DNA of 63,265 bases, filler included, from Chiloscyllium plagiosum (GCF_004010195.1; 4 parts of one record of this genome joined end to end with filler, not necessarily neighbours in it); one strand, 5' to 3'; positions 12,232 through 24,359 are shown, numbered from the whole stretch's first letter. The notes: a model not told the origin generated them from the letters alone. A program made the numbers and translations.

Positions 12232-12840
12232 CAATGTATTGGGAGGTCATGTTGCTGCTGTACAGGACATTGGTGAGGCCACTGTTGGAATATTGCATGC
12301 AATTCTGGTCTCCTTCCTATCGGAAAGATGTTGTGAAACTTGAAAGGGTTCAGAAAAGATTTACAAGGATGTTGCCAGTGTTGGAGGATTTGAGCTATAG
12401 GGAGAGGTTGAACAGGCTGGGGCTGTTTTCGCTGTAGCATCACAGGCTGATGGGTGACCTATTTGAGATTTACAAAATTATGAGGGGCATGGATAGGGTA
12501 AATAGGCAAAGTCTTTTCCCTGGGGTTGGGGAGTCCAGAACTAGAGAGCATAGGTTTAGGGTGAGAGGGGAAAGATATAAAATAGACCTACGGGGCAACT
12601 TTTTCACGCAGAGGGTGGTACGTGTATGAAATGAGCTGCCAGAGGATGTGGTGGAGGCTGGTACAATTGCAACATTTAAGAGGCATTTGGATGGGTATAT
12701 GAATAGGAAGGGTTTGGAGGGAAATGGGCCGGGTGCTGGCAGGTGGGACTAAATTGGGTTGGGATATCTGGTCAGCATGGACAGGTTGGACCGAAGGGTC
12801 TGTTTCCATGCTGTACATCTCTATGACTCGATGACTCTAT
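12232..12840 (+). mobile_element. CR1 (HER1-like) LINE 3' fragment
   Basis: LYRTLVRPLLEYCMQFWSP...LERVQKRFTRM; complete 3' tail with ctatgact repeats. Confidence 0.92.
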
Positions 12841-13009
12841 TCTAAGTCAGGATGATGTTTGTCTTGGAAGGGAAATTGTCAGTGATGGTGCTGCCTTTAT
12901 CCTTGTAGATGGAATGGGTCACAGGCTTGTAACATGATGTTAAGGGCCCCTAGTGAATTTGAAATATCACTTGGACAGAGGTAAAGACTTCAGCTGTTCT
13001 GATAGCATC

Positions 13010-14160
13010 CAGACAAGTGTGACAAGTATTCCAAATGTACTGTCTGAATAGGACCTACAAGCTGTAACCCTTATCTCTTGCACTTTATTGGATGGAAAAT
13101 TGGTAATTTTTGGGATTATTCATTGGTTGGCTCTTCTTCACATGCTGTTGAGGAGCATTGTCTTGCACTTTGCTTTCTCTAGGTGATTGTACTTCTTACA
13201 CATTTGAGACCAATATTCTTTTATATAACATAAGACTTTCAGATAAATTAAATTTGGTGACATTTTGTATCGACACCTGCCTAGTGTTATTGACCAGACG
13301 AGACTCCTTCTAAACATATCAAGGAGGTAGCCTCGACCCTAACTTTTATTTTATTTAAAGGCAAATGTGAGGCGTTGTGTCCAGATGTGATTTGTTTGGT
13401 CAAACTATGAGGCTTTAAGCAAAACATACTTTATTCTTACAGCCCCAGTTAAAATACAAACAATAAAAGAAGAATTGGCATAACTTTAACTCTATCAAAA
13501 TACTTAACAAAATAATATTTTATTTAATCACTACTTATCAACCTGATCCAATATAGCAGCATCCCATAAACACACCCTTTGGCAAAGGCAAATTCAGCAA
13601 AACTTGCTACCTCCAGGAGAAAGGAAAAACCGAAAGCATGAATCTAGCAGTAGAAAGATAACTTCAGTTTTTTGAAGTAGCAGAGAGGAATCAAGTATCT
13701 AGCAGCTTCACCCCAAAACCCCAGCTTCAAAAACTAAAAGCAAAAACTAAAACCCTGGTTTTGTGTGAGCCTGCCTCACCCACTCCTGCTTCTTTTGTCT
13801 ATTTGTTTAAAAAAACACAAAGCTATTTACTTTGTTTTCCATAGAACAGACATCTCATCACCAGGTTTAAAAGACACCTCTTCAAGAGAAAAGAATACAA
13901 CAAGTCCCTCTTGAAGAAACATCTCATCACACCAGGAATTGGTCAATTGTTTCATCTGGTTACTGGTGGTCTGATATGAACTCAAGAACTCAAGGAGTTG
14001 AAATCAACTTTCAGATGATCTTCTAAGATCTTACAGCATCTTTGCTGTCATCTCATGAAGTATCAAAGCATCATATTTTTCTGAAGTCTTCACCCATTGC
14101 AAGAAGATTTTTGCCTGCTTTGTTTGTTACCTGTTGAGCTGTAAACTATAGACTGAACTT
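13010..14160 (-). mobile_element. Probable Gypsy gag relic, interrupted by the solo LTR at 13285-13931
   Basis: Removing the LTR and one TSD copy restores the in-frame reading LEFISDHQ*PDETIDQFLGRCRYK, resembling the gag 'Q.pgEtidqf..RlR' motif. Outer limits uncertain. Confidence 0.45.
13285..13931 (-). mobile_element. Solo LTR (647 bp)
   Basis: TGT...ACA termini; near-perfect 4-bp TSD CTAG/CCAG; minus-strand AATAAA near 13430; related copy at 629-1155. Confidence 0.7.
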
Positions 14161-14169
14161 TTCTTTAAA

Positions 14170-15900
14170 ATTAAACCCAGAAATGTTCAAAATATAATAA
14201 TGTTTCAAGTGCAATTCAAAATACTGTTCCATCAAGTACTATCCAAAATGGTATAACAAAGTGTTCAAAACTAAACATGAAATGGAAAATTCCAAAGAAG
14301 ACGACGGGGATATGGATCAAAGAGAGGGCATTGTTTTGGACACAACAATGTTCAGCCCAATGATGTATGTGTTAGTGATAGAGTCTTTCAATTGTGCTAT
14401 ATTAGACAATGGATGCACATCTACACTGTGTGGAATAGACTGGCTAAAATAATAACTTGACTCTGCGTAATTAAGATCAGGACAAAGTGAAAGAATTTGA
14501 CAGTTCCACCCGTTTCAGATTTGAAGATGATAATGCAATGTTTTTTTTTTAAAAGAATGGTTATTTCTTGTAGAATAGCTAAAATCAATAATTTCTTAGC
14601 ACAAGTGAAGTGTTCAGTGAAATAGCCTTGTCATTAAGTATTAAGTAGACCATTGTTGAAGAAAGAACAGACAAACTGGATAGGAAGTGACTCGTCTATT
14701 GTACTTGGAAAATTAGTGAATTTGCAATTTTCACAATGAGGACAAAATTATATTCCTTTACTGAAATATAATCTCTCCAATGAAGAAATTAATGAATTGT
14801 TTCTGATATCAGAGTAGAAATTTATAAGATGAAAAGTCAATTATTTTAAAATTATGTATGTAATTTGCCCATCTATACTTTCAAATATTAGAAGTTTCAG
14901 TAAAGAATGCAGGAATAAGGGATGGCCAGCACAATTAACTTGTAGAAGAGATGAGTGATAAATGTTGGACTTGCAAGAAATCTCAAAAGACCATAACAGG
15001 CTAAAATAAGTCTTCTCTTAGCAAGATATTTCAATGAGGTAGTGGCAATGGAATTAAAGCTGTGGAATAAAGTCAGAAGAAAATATAACTAATTTTTACT
15101 TTTCACAGATTTGGCAACCAGATTTTGTCAGTAAGCGATAATACATAGTAAAGATAAGAAAATAATCATAGATAACGTAATGGACAAGTGAATAGGGACC
15201 TTACTGGTAATAGAGGGATGCAGGAGAGTTTACTAATGATGAATTCAGAGATATGTGTCCAGATATGAACGTAATAGTTATGAATACAGCAGCAGAAAGC
15301 TCTTACAGCGATGATTTACATGAATGAAACCATGCAGTAATACAGAAATTGGTTCATAAAGTTTCAGAGCATCAGCCAAACTGAAAATTGTTGTCTCCAC
15401 CAGCATAGGATGTCCACGCTAAGAAGCTGTTGCAAACTCCAAGAAGTTGGAGGGTGTAGACTATCTCAATTAATTTTCTGCAGGAATCCTAAAGTTTCAT
15501 CTGTAATAAGTGTTGAAACACTGCTTGAAAAGGGGCGATGATTAATTCTACTTTTTAGATCACTTGAATGCACTGTATACTGGCAGAAAGGCTTTCATTA
15601 AAGCCTGAATCTTAGAAAGAATTGCCAAGCCTTAAGATATATTATAAGGTCTTCAGAAACCAGCTTCAATCTGGGAGATGTGATTTATTACATGAGAGAA
15701 AATTGGGAAGGTTATTTTTACAGACAGGAATGTAATAATTCTACAGCATGGAAAGCAGACTCTTCAGGAACATTCTTCAAGATTGATTGGTATGGATTGC
15801 AAATTTCCAAATTCTAAAGATGTTCTAGAAAATAGGGAGAATCCAGGTACTTCTTGCACCCAAATATTGCACAGCTATGAGGATAAAACTGCCTCAATTA
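14170..15900 (+). mobile_element. Ty1/Copia retrotransposon relic (GalEa-like): gag Zn knuckle, protease, integrase
   Basis: In order: CFKCNSKY (about 14201); CAILDNGCTSTLCGIDWL (protease); FAH...CWTCKK (HHCC); VAMELK; TDLATRF; DAGEFTNDEFRDMC; TAAESSYSDDLHE*NHAVI. Many stops and frameshifts. Confidence 0.8.
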
Positions 15901-16099
15901 TTCTGAGTAGACAGATAGGAGGCTGGAAAAACACAGCAAGCCAGGCAACATCAGGAGGTGGAGAAGATGATGATTAGGTGTAACCCTTCTTCAGGACTGG
16001 GGGATGGGTGTGAGGGGAACTGCAGATAAAGGGGTTGGGAGGAGCAGGGTGGTGAAGTGGGGATAAGTGAAGACAGGTAGAGGGTACGACTTGATTATT

Positions 16100-16310
16100 G
16101 AGAGTGTGGTGCTGGAAAAGCACAGCAGGTCAGGTAGCATCCAAGGACCAGAGGAGTTGACGATTTGGGCAAAAGCCCTCATTCCTGATGAAGGGCTTTT
16201 GCCTGAAACATCAACTCTCCTGCAGCTCGGATGCTGCCTGATCTGCTGTGCTTTTCCAACACCACACTCTCGACTCAAATCTTCAGGATCTGCAGTCCTC
16301 ACTTTCACCA
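16100..16310. mobile_element. Palindromic PLE mini-element with plus-strand hammerhead at 16185-16209
   Basis: gagagtgtggtgctggaaaagcacagcag... pairs with ...ctgctgtgcttttccaacaccacactctc; core CTGATGA-AGGGC-TTTT-GCCT-GAAAC. Confidence 0.8.
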
Positions 16311-17736
16311 ATATGACCTGGTTGGTCAATGGGAGGAATGAACCTGGTTTGTGGCAGTGCAAGGGATGGGGAGGGGCTGGGAAGGGAGTTGGGGCATAGG
16401 AAAGGAGGTTATTTGAAATTGGAGAACTCAATGTTGAGTCCTCTGGGCTGTAAGCTGCCCAGGCGGATGATGAAGTGCTGTTCCTCCAATTTGTGGTTTG
16501 GTTCATTGTGACTCTGGAGAAGGCCCAGCATGGTCATGTCAGAAAGACACTGGGAAGATGAATTGAAATGGCGGTGAGTGGGAGGTCCAGTCTGCCCCTG
16601 CAGGCCCAGCTGAGGTGCTTGGGAACCATTCCCTAAGTTTAAGTTTGGTCTCCCCTTTGTGGAGAAGACCACATCGGAAGCACATGATGCAGTAAACTAG
16701 GTTGGAGGAGAAGCAGGTGAACTTCTGTCTCACCTGGAAGGACTGTTTGAGGCCCTGGATGGAGGTGAGGGGGGTGGTGTACCAGCAGGTTTTGCATCTT
16801 TTCTGGTTGCAGGGGAAGGTACCTGGGGGTTCAGGGGTGGTGGGTGGTGTTAGTGGGGTAAGTGGCGCAAACCAAAGACTGTCGAAGGGAACAATCCTGT
16901 CGAAGGTGGAGAAGGATGGGAAGGGGAAGTATTCTTGAATGTTGGGGTCTAGTTGCAGAAGTGTTTGAGGATGATGCACTGGATGTGGAGACTGGTGAGA
17001 TGGTAGGTGAGGACAAGGGGACTCTGTTGTTATTGTGTTTGGGGAGGGGGTTTAGAGCAGTGGAACAGGGAATGGAGGTAATGCAGTGGAGGGCTGTCTG
17101 GATGACAGAGGGAAGAAAAGCACGTTGTTCAAAGTAGGTGGACATCTGGGATGCTTGGGAGTAGAATGTCTCCTCATCTGAGCAGATGTGTTGGAGGCAG
17201 AGGAATTGGGAGAACAGGGTGGGGTTCTTGCAAAATGCTGGATGGGAGAAGTTGTAGTCCAGGTAGTTATGGGAGTCTGTTGACTTGTAATAAATATCCA
17301 TCTGGAAACTACTGCCAGAGTTGGAAATGGAGAGATCAAGAAAGGGGAGGAAGGTGTCCAAGATGGACCAAGTGAATTTGAGGGCAGGGTGGAATTTGTG
17401 GGAGAAGTCGATGAACTGCTCCAGTTCAGCCTTGATTCAGGAGGTTGTGCCGATGCAGTCAGCGATGTAGCAGTGAAAGAGTTGGGGCACAGTGCCTATG
17501 TAGGTACTGAAGAGGGACTATTCGACATAGCCGACAAAGAAGCAGATGTAGCTGGGGGCTATCTGGGTGTCCTTGACCACCCCCTGGATTTGGAGGAAAT
17601 GGGAGGAGTTAGAGGAAAATTTATTAAGGGTGAGAACCAGTTTGGCAAGGCAGAGGTGGGTATTGGTGGAGGGGGACTGGATGGGTCTGTTGGAGAGGAA
17701 GAAGCAGAGGGCTTGGGGACTATCCTTGTAGGGTAT

Positions 17737-19680
17737 ACAAACTTAAAAATCATACAACACCAGGTTATAGTCCAACAGGTTTAATTGGAAGCACACTAGC
17801 TTTTGGAGCGCCACTCCTTCATCAGGTGATTGTGGAGTACACAATTGTAAGGCACAGAATTTATAGCAAAAACTTACAGTGTGATGTAACTGAAATTATA
17901 CCTTGATTGTCTGTTGAGTCTTTGATCTGTTCGAGTACCATGATAGTTTCACTTCTTTCATGTGTAAATCACAAATTTTTTTTTAAAAGTTGCATTCTCA
18001 GATTAACTGTAACAATTGGTGTTAGCTAGACAATATGTTGAATGTGTTAGCCCCCTGTGTTCTCTGTCTATGCCATGATGTTTAGATTGATTCTAATCTA
18101 AAAAGTGAGATAACAGAGTTTTACATGAATTCATGCAATTTTTGAGCAATGTACAATGTAACTCTGCAAGTACAAATCCACCCCACAAAATATATGTGTG
18201 TATGTGGGTCTTTGTGTCTGTCTGTGTGTCTGTCTGTCTGGGTTGGGGGTGGTGAGTGTGAGAGAGAGTGTATATGTATGTGCATGAGTGTAGAGTGGTC
18301 CAAGTCTCTGAGAGGATGCTGTGTGAGTGTGGGAGTGTGTGTGTCTGTAAGGGTGTGTGTGAGTATTTGTGTGCATGTCTGTGTATATGTGTGTGTGTGT
18401 ATGTAGGAATGTGTGTGTGTGTATAGTGCAATGAACCTAAGGTCCCATTTGAGGCCCTGCCTATGGGTACCGAACTTAGCTATCAGCCTCTGCTCAGCCA
18501 CTTTTTGCTGCTGCCTGTCCCGAAGTCTGCCTTGGAGGATGGTCACCCGAAGGTCTGAGGTCAAATGTCCTGGACCGCTGAAGTGTTCCCCAACTGGGAG
18601 GGAACCCTCCTGTCTGTTGATTGTTTTGAGGTGTCTATTCATCCGTTGCCGTAGCCTTATACTTTGCAGGCAAGGATGCTCTGAGGCATGGTACATTGGA
18701 GAAACCGAGCAAAGGCTAAGGCAATGGATGAATGGACACCGCACATCAATCAACAGACAGGAGTGTTCCCTCCCAGTTGGGGAACACTTCAGTAGTCCAG
18801 GAAATTCGACCCCGGACCTTCAAGTGACCATCCTCAAAGGCAGACTTCGGGACAGGCAGCAGCGAAATGTGGCCGAGCAGAGGCTGATAGCTAAGTTCGG
18901 TACCCATAGGGAGGGCCTCAACTGGAATTCATGTCACAATACAGGTGGCCACCATTGCACTATACACACACACAGACACTCCTACACACACTCAGGCACG
19001 CGCACACACACGCACACACACAGAGCACACACACATTCCCACACTCACACATGCACCCCCTCACAGACTTAAGACACTCTACACTCACTACACACGCATA
19101 TACACTCTCTCTCACACTCACCACCCCCAACCCAGAGAGACACACAGACAGACAGACACAAAGACCCACATGCACACATATATTTTGTGGGGTGAATTTG
19201 TAGTTGCAAAGCTACATTGTACTTTGCTCAAAAATTGCATGAATTCATGTCAAACTCTGTTATCTCACTTTTTAAGATTAGAATCAATCTAAACATCATG
19301 GCATAGACAGAGAACACAGGGGGCTAATACCTTCAACATATTGTCTAGCTAACACTAATTGTTACAGCTAACCTGAGAATGCAACTTTTAAAAAGAGGTG
19401 TTGTGATTTACACATGAAAGAAGTGAAACTATCATGGTATTCGAACAGATGAAAGACTCAACAGACAATCAAGGTATTTTTCAATGTATAATTTCAGTTA
19501 CATCACACTGTAAGTTTTTGCTATATATTCTGTGCCTTACAATGTGTCCTCCACAATCACCTGATGAAGGAGCGGTGCTCCGAAAGCTAGTGTGCTCCAA
19601 ATAAAACCTGTTGGACTATAACCTGGTGTTGTGTGATTTTTAACTTTGTACACCCCAGTACAAAACCAGCATCTCCAAAT
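17737..19680. mobile_element. PLE 3' end (GIY-YIG C-terminus plus pLTR) present as a roughly 0.9-kb-arm inverted repeat, nested in the PLE above
   Basis: Arms about 17737-18655 and 18700-19655 are reverse complements; CRQGCSEAWYIGETEQRL...HF...AEQRLIAKFGTHREGLN; CA/TG-rich tracts; TSD CTTGTAGGGTAT/CTTGTGGGGTAT at 17725-17736 and 19681-19692. Confidence 0.9.
19558..19592 (+). ncRNA. Minimal type I hammerhead ribozyme motif in a PLE pLTR
   Basis: CAC-CTGATGA-A-GGAGC-GGT-GCTCC-GAAA-GC-TA-GTG: intact core, stem II, stem I CAC/GTG. Confidence 0.8.
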
Positions 19681-20079
19681 CTTGTGGGGTATGGACGTGT
19701 ATAAAGACTGCACATCCATAGTGACGAGAAAGCGCTGGGGCTGTGGAGGGGGAGGAATCTAGAAGTTAGTGAAGAGATGGAGGGCATGGTTGGTGTTGTG
19801 GATGTAGGTGGGAAATGCCTGAACCAAGGCTGAGAGGATGGGATGAGATGAGTTTGATGAGGCAGGAACATGCTGAGATGCTGGGTCATCTCGGGTGGTT
19901 GGGCTTGTGGATCTTAAGGAGCAGTTCAGTGGGGCAGGAGCAAGGGCAGGGTCATTTGGCCCAAGACATTAACTGATTTCTCCTCACAGATGCTGCCAGA
20001 TCTGATGAGCTTTTCCAGGAATGTCTGTTTTTGTTTCTGATTCACATCATCCACAGTTCTTTCAGTTTTTATTTGCCAG

Positions 20080-21265
20080 AAAGGACTAGTCAATGAAGAC
20101 ATTATAACTATTCTGAGCAAAACAGGGATGGCCACTGAAAAATAACAATTTGAATAAATGTACAGAATGAGAGGTAGGAGGTTAAGCCAATAGATTGGGC
20201 ATATAAAGCACAATGATGGTTGGCAGGAATATGCAGTGCAAGCTCAAACAGTGGTCTGGGAACAGACATGCCCATAGAAAGAGACTACAATAATAACCAT
20301 TGAAAGAATGGGAGGTCAAACAGTAGCAGTCCAGAAAAAAAGATTGAAGGCAAGGTAAAGGGCATAATAAGGATGATAAATAAAGTACTAACCAGGAATA
20401 TCACCAGTAGCAGAAGCCCATGTAACTGAGAAGTCATAGTGGCTATGAACAAACTAGAAGACAAGTTGACAAAAGATGTCAAACAGCAAGATTAGAAATA
20501 CAAAGTTTAAGAGAATTTGTATCGAGGTGCCAGACAGGTGAGGTTTAGTTGTATAATGTAAATGTATATGCACTGAAGAGTTGTCCCTTGATGGGACTTA
20601 TTATGCTAAAGCTGAAAATGTGTTGCTGGAATAGCGCAGCAGGTCAGGCAGCATCCAAGAACAGGTTTGACTGAGACAAGGTGGGGGGAGGGGAAATGAG
20701 GAAACTGGAGAAATCTGAGTTCATCCCTTGTGGTTGGAGGGTTCCTAGGCGGAAGATAGTGCCAGCTTGATACACAACAATTGAGTACAGTTATGAAAAA
20801 TCCCAATGTGAGAGGTATTACTCAGGAAAATAAACATTGAAGAATTAAAAATGTAGTATTATGTTGTGAATTTCCTTCAGTGTGAGATGACTGGAAGATG
20901 AAATTGTAGTTTTTACTGATGCTTCTTATGCAAATGTCAGCGATGAGTTCTCAAGTGCAGGAGAGCTTATCATCTGGTTGTTGAAAACTCTAGATTGGGC
21001 AACTAAAAAGGCTGAGTAGCAAAGACTCTCACTCTTGGTAACATTTTACAGAGCAAAACTGTTGGAAGAAATTATGAAAAAAAATTCAGCAGCATTGTAC
21101 ATTGAATGCTACATCAACAATCACCATGGAACAACATATATACTCACCAAAGTGTGTGAGTAAGAAAGGAATGAGAATTGATATTGCAATTTCAAAACAG
21201 ATGGTGGAGAAAGGAAAAAATCTTGAAATTGAAATGGGTGGAGACCAACAGTTAATTATCTGATA
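20080..21265 (+). mobile_element. Continuation of the Copia relic: RT N-terminus, RT end and RNase H (most of the RT core missing)
   Basis: ICTEELSLDGTYYAKA (precedes KARLV), QLSTVMKNP, IVVFTDASYAN..DEFSS, KGMRIDIA.SKQM, KWVETNS*LSD (cf. QLAD). Confidence 0.78.
20610..20760 (-). mobile_element. PLE-derived fragment at the deletion point of the Copia RT
   Basis: ctgaaaatgtgttgctggaatagcgcagcaggtcaggcagcatcc end followed by a GIY-YIG 3' remnant. Confidence 0.65.
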
Positions 21266-21272
21266 AAGGATG

Positions 21273-21822
21273 TGTGAGAGGTAATTTCGGTTTAAACTTT
21301 AAGATGTGCCTGGACCACAGACTGATCTATAATAAAAGACAGAACCTTTGTTTCTTTTCTAACAACCATTTTATATACTCAAAAGTAGAGTAGTTTAAAT
21401 TGTGCAGAATGCTGACAATTTGTGAGCGATAGTAAAAGCAGGCAGGCTCTTGATTAATGAAGCCATTCACACAGCAGAGAAGGATAAGTCCTTGGCTGAT
21501 AAGACTCCAGGATGGGAGTACGACTTGAGACATCTGTTTTGATAAGACTACAGGGTGAGAAAAACAACAAACTTTGGAGACTCTGGAGCCTTTTGTTGCA
21601 GACTTTGTGATAAAAATAATGATGTTTTTAAGAATGTGAACCTCATGGCTTGTTGGAGCCAAGGAGAGGAGGGACTTGTCCTATAAATAATGGAGACTTT
21701 GTAAGCCTCAGCGCGCCTTTTCTTTAAGGGTGCCCGACTCTGCAGACTTGACTTGTTAATAAAACTTTGTTTTCCTGAATTTGTCTAGAGCGATTATTGA
21801 GAAGCGATTTTCGTTTCTAACA
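21273..21822 (+). mobile_element. Solo LTR (550 bp) with 4-bp TSD
   Basis: TGT...ACA termini; GATG at 21269-21272 and 21823-21826; TATAAA at 21682; AATAAA at 21758. Confidence 0.82.
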
Positions 21823-22439
21823 GATGTCAGTCAGTTCAGTTGTGTGGTCAGCTAGTCTGCAATGCAATGTGATACTAACAGTGTGGATTGAATTCCTACT
21901 TGAGGTGAGATGGCCATGAAGGACTCTCCTTCTCAACCTTTCCCTTTGCCTAAGAGGTGGTGACCCTCAGATTAAACCATTCTTTCTATAATGACAGAGT
22001 AGATTTATAATCTAGTTTTGTTTTACAAAGGAAACAGTAGCTTCTAAAAAACTGTTATACATATTGAAAAAAGAAGACTTGGAGCTTAGGCAAAGATAAA
22101 AATGGGAAAATAATCAGGTGTCATTTTGTTTGTTATGTTTTTTATTATTATTGTAGATGAATTCCATCAAAGAAGCAAAAAAGGAATCTGTTATTATCTG
22201 CTGTGGTCTGAATGAATGTCTAGTTTTATTTGCTTTTTTTTAAACTAGTAGACACGCTCAATAAAAACATCCATCTATCTAATAGAGTATTTACAAGCAA
22301 AGCTCATTATGGGCAATGCAAACTATCAATGGCGAGTGAGATGTAGGTAGCAATGGTGGGAAAGGACTAAATCGAAATGGATTTGGAGGAGAAAATAAAA
22401 CACAGTACCTCCCACAGTGCCCACCTCTCTCTAAAGCCA

Positions 22440-23088
22440 TCAAGAGCATACACACCAATACACACAAACGAAGTTGCAACAAGACACTATTCAAAAGGGC
22501 CACAACACACTGCAGCACACCAGAACTGCAAAAAGAGGAAGAGGAACACCTATACAAGGTATTCGCCAAAAACGGATANNNNNNNNNNNNNNNNNNNNNN
22601 NNNNNNNNNNNNNNNNNNNNNNNNNNNNNNNNNNNNNNNNNNNNNNNNNNNNNNNNNNNNNNNNNNNNNNNNNNNNNNNNNNNNNNNNNNNNNNNNNNNN
22701 NNNNNNNNNNNNNNNNNNNNNNNNNNNNNNNNNNNNNNNNNNNNNNNNNNNNNNNNNNNNNNNNNNNNNNNNNNNNNNNNNNNNNNNNNNNNNNNNNNNN
22801 NNNNNNNNNNNNNNNNNNNNNNNNNNNNNNNNNNNNNNNNNNNNNNNNNNNNNNNNNNNNNNNNNNNNGGCCATTACAGCGGACAGCTGAAACTGACAAC
22901 CGGAAGCGGCAGGGACAGGCCACTATAAATGCCGGAGGAAAGATCACAGAAGCGCTTCACAGGAGGCTCCCAAGCACTGAGGATGTCACCTAGACAGGGG
23001 ACGAAATGTTTGCAACAAAAACTTCCAGCTCGGCGAACAGAACCACAGCAACGAGCACCCGAGCTACAAATCTTCTCACAAACTTTGA
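22440..23088 (+). mobile_element. PLE 3' fragment spanning a gap (N 22579-22868), pLTR with hammerhead at 22977-23010
   Basis: NTHKRSCNKTLFKRATTHCSTPELQKEEEEHLYKVFAKNG (PLE thumb domain); CTGAGGA-TGTCACCTAGACAGGGGAC-GAAA. Confidence 0.8.
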
Positions 23089-23289
23089 GCATTGATGGAC
23101 ACCGTGTGAATGGATGTCTGAGACATAATGGAATGATGGAAGAAATTATGCTATTAGTTAAGACTTAATTGCATTTAAATTATGAGGGAAACCTCATAAT
23201 CAGTGGGATATGAGTTTTATGAAGTGTAAAAAACTTATTGACTCTGTATTGCGTCTGCGTACTAACTGACTCACACATCGGACCACCCA

Positions 23290-23620
23290 GAACCCTCTAT
23301 ACCACTGAATTTTGCAGTCATTCTCTGTTTAAGCAATACTCTGCTTTTCTATTATTCCTGCCAATGTGAGCAATTTCACATTTCCTCACATCATACACCA
23401 TCTGCCAGACTTCTGCCCACTCAATTTATCTAGCTATATTTATTTGCAACTTCCTATGTGTTCTGTATTACATATTTTTCCTACCTATCTTGGTGCGGTG
23501 TGAGAATTTAGCGATCATGCCTCCATTCGACTCCTCTGAAGTAATTGATTTAAGTTGTAAAAGGTTCAGACCCCAGCGCAGACTCCTGTGGACTCCATTT
23601 GACACATCCTACCAACTACC
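23290..23620 (-). mobile_element. Old CR1 RT relic; probably resumes at about 25720-25930
   Basis: Minus-strand GVPQES.LG, KFSHRTKI (FADDTK) and, in the distal piece, DFQKTF and QHGF remnants. Confidence 0.55.
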
Positions 23621-24359
23621 AACACAAATTTATGCAGTGACTAAGAGTCACTAAGGACTGCAGATGCTGGAAGTCAGAGTCAATAGATGTGAAGCTGGAA
23701 GAGCACAGCTGATCAGACAGCATCTGAGCAGCAGGAAAGTCAATGTTTTCAGCCGAAATTCTTTGTCAGGACTGGGGAGGGGGATGGGAGCCCAGAAGTA
23801 AATAGAAAGAGGAAGAGTAGGTAGGATGGTGATAGGTGGATGCAGATAGGGGGTTATTGTGATTGGTCACTGGGAAGGGTGGAGTAGGTAGGCGAGTAGG
23901 AAGATGGACAGGTTTGAACAGGTCAGGGAGGCGAGGAGGAGTGGTGGGGCTGGATATGGGATAAGGCTGGGAGAGGTGGGACTTTAAAGTTAGTGAAGTC
24001 TTCAGAGTGTGGTTGAAGAGGTTCCGGGCAGAGGTTCCACCTTCACATCTATTGACTCTGACTTCCAGCTTCTGAAGTCCTTCCTGTCTCCTAGTCACTG
24101 AAAACTGATACGACAATTTCTCTTCTAAGGATGCCCACCTTGAAGAAGATTTCCTCCTCCTTTCGAAGAGAGCTCAGTGAGTCTCTGTCTGACTACGATC
24201 ACCAGATTATCTCTTCTGCACTGAAACTCTTCAACCATACTCCAAAGACTTCACCAACTTCAAAGACCCTCCTCTCTCAGCCTTATCCCATGTCCAATCC
24301 CACTCCTCCTCTCCTCCTCCCCTCCCTGACTTGTTCTAACCTGTTCATCTTCCTATTCA

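Larger units (their letters stand above)
15920..19925 (-). mobile_element. Penelope-like element (RT plus GIY-YIG), degenerate, carrying two nested insertions
   Basis: DVQSLYTSIPHK, YIADCI (YIDD), PFLDLSI...IYYKSTDSHNYLD, FTCFSSNLVYCIMC.RCGLL.KGET...HF...LEEQHFI.RLG.LQP.GLN. Confidence 0.88.

Noticed and set aside
18093..19292. Overlapping His/Thr-rich and Cys/Val-rich ORFs on both strands
   Set aside because: They are translations of CA/TG microsatellite-like tracts in the PLE pLTR arms.
13285..21822. The LTRs at 13285 and 21273 as the paired LTRs of the Copia element
   Set aside because: They are unrelated in sequence, oppositely oriented, and each has its own TSD.
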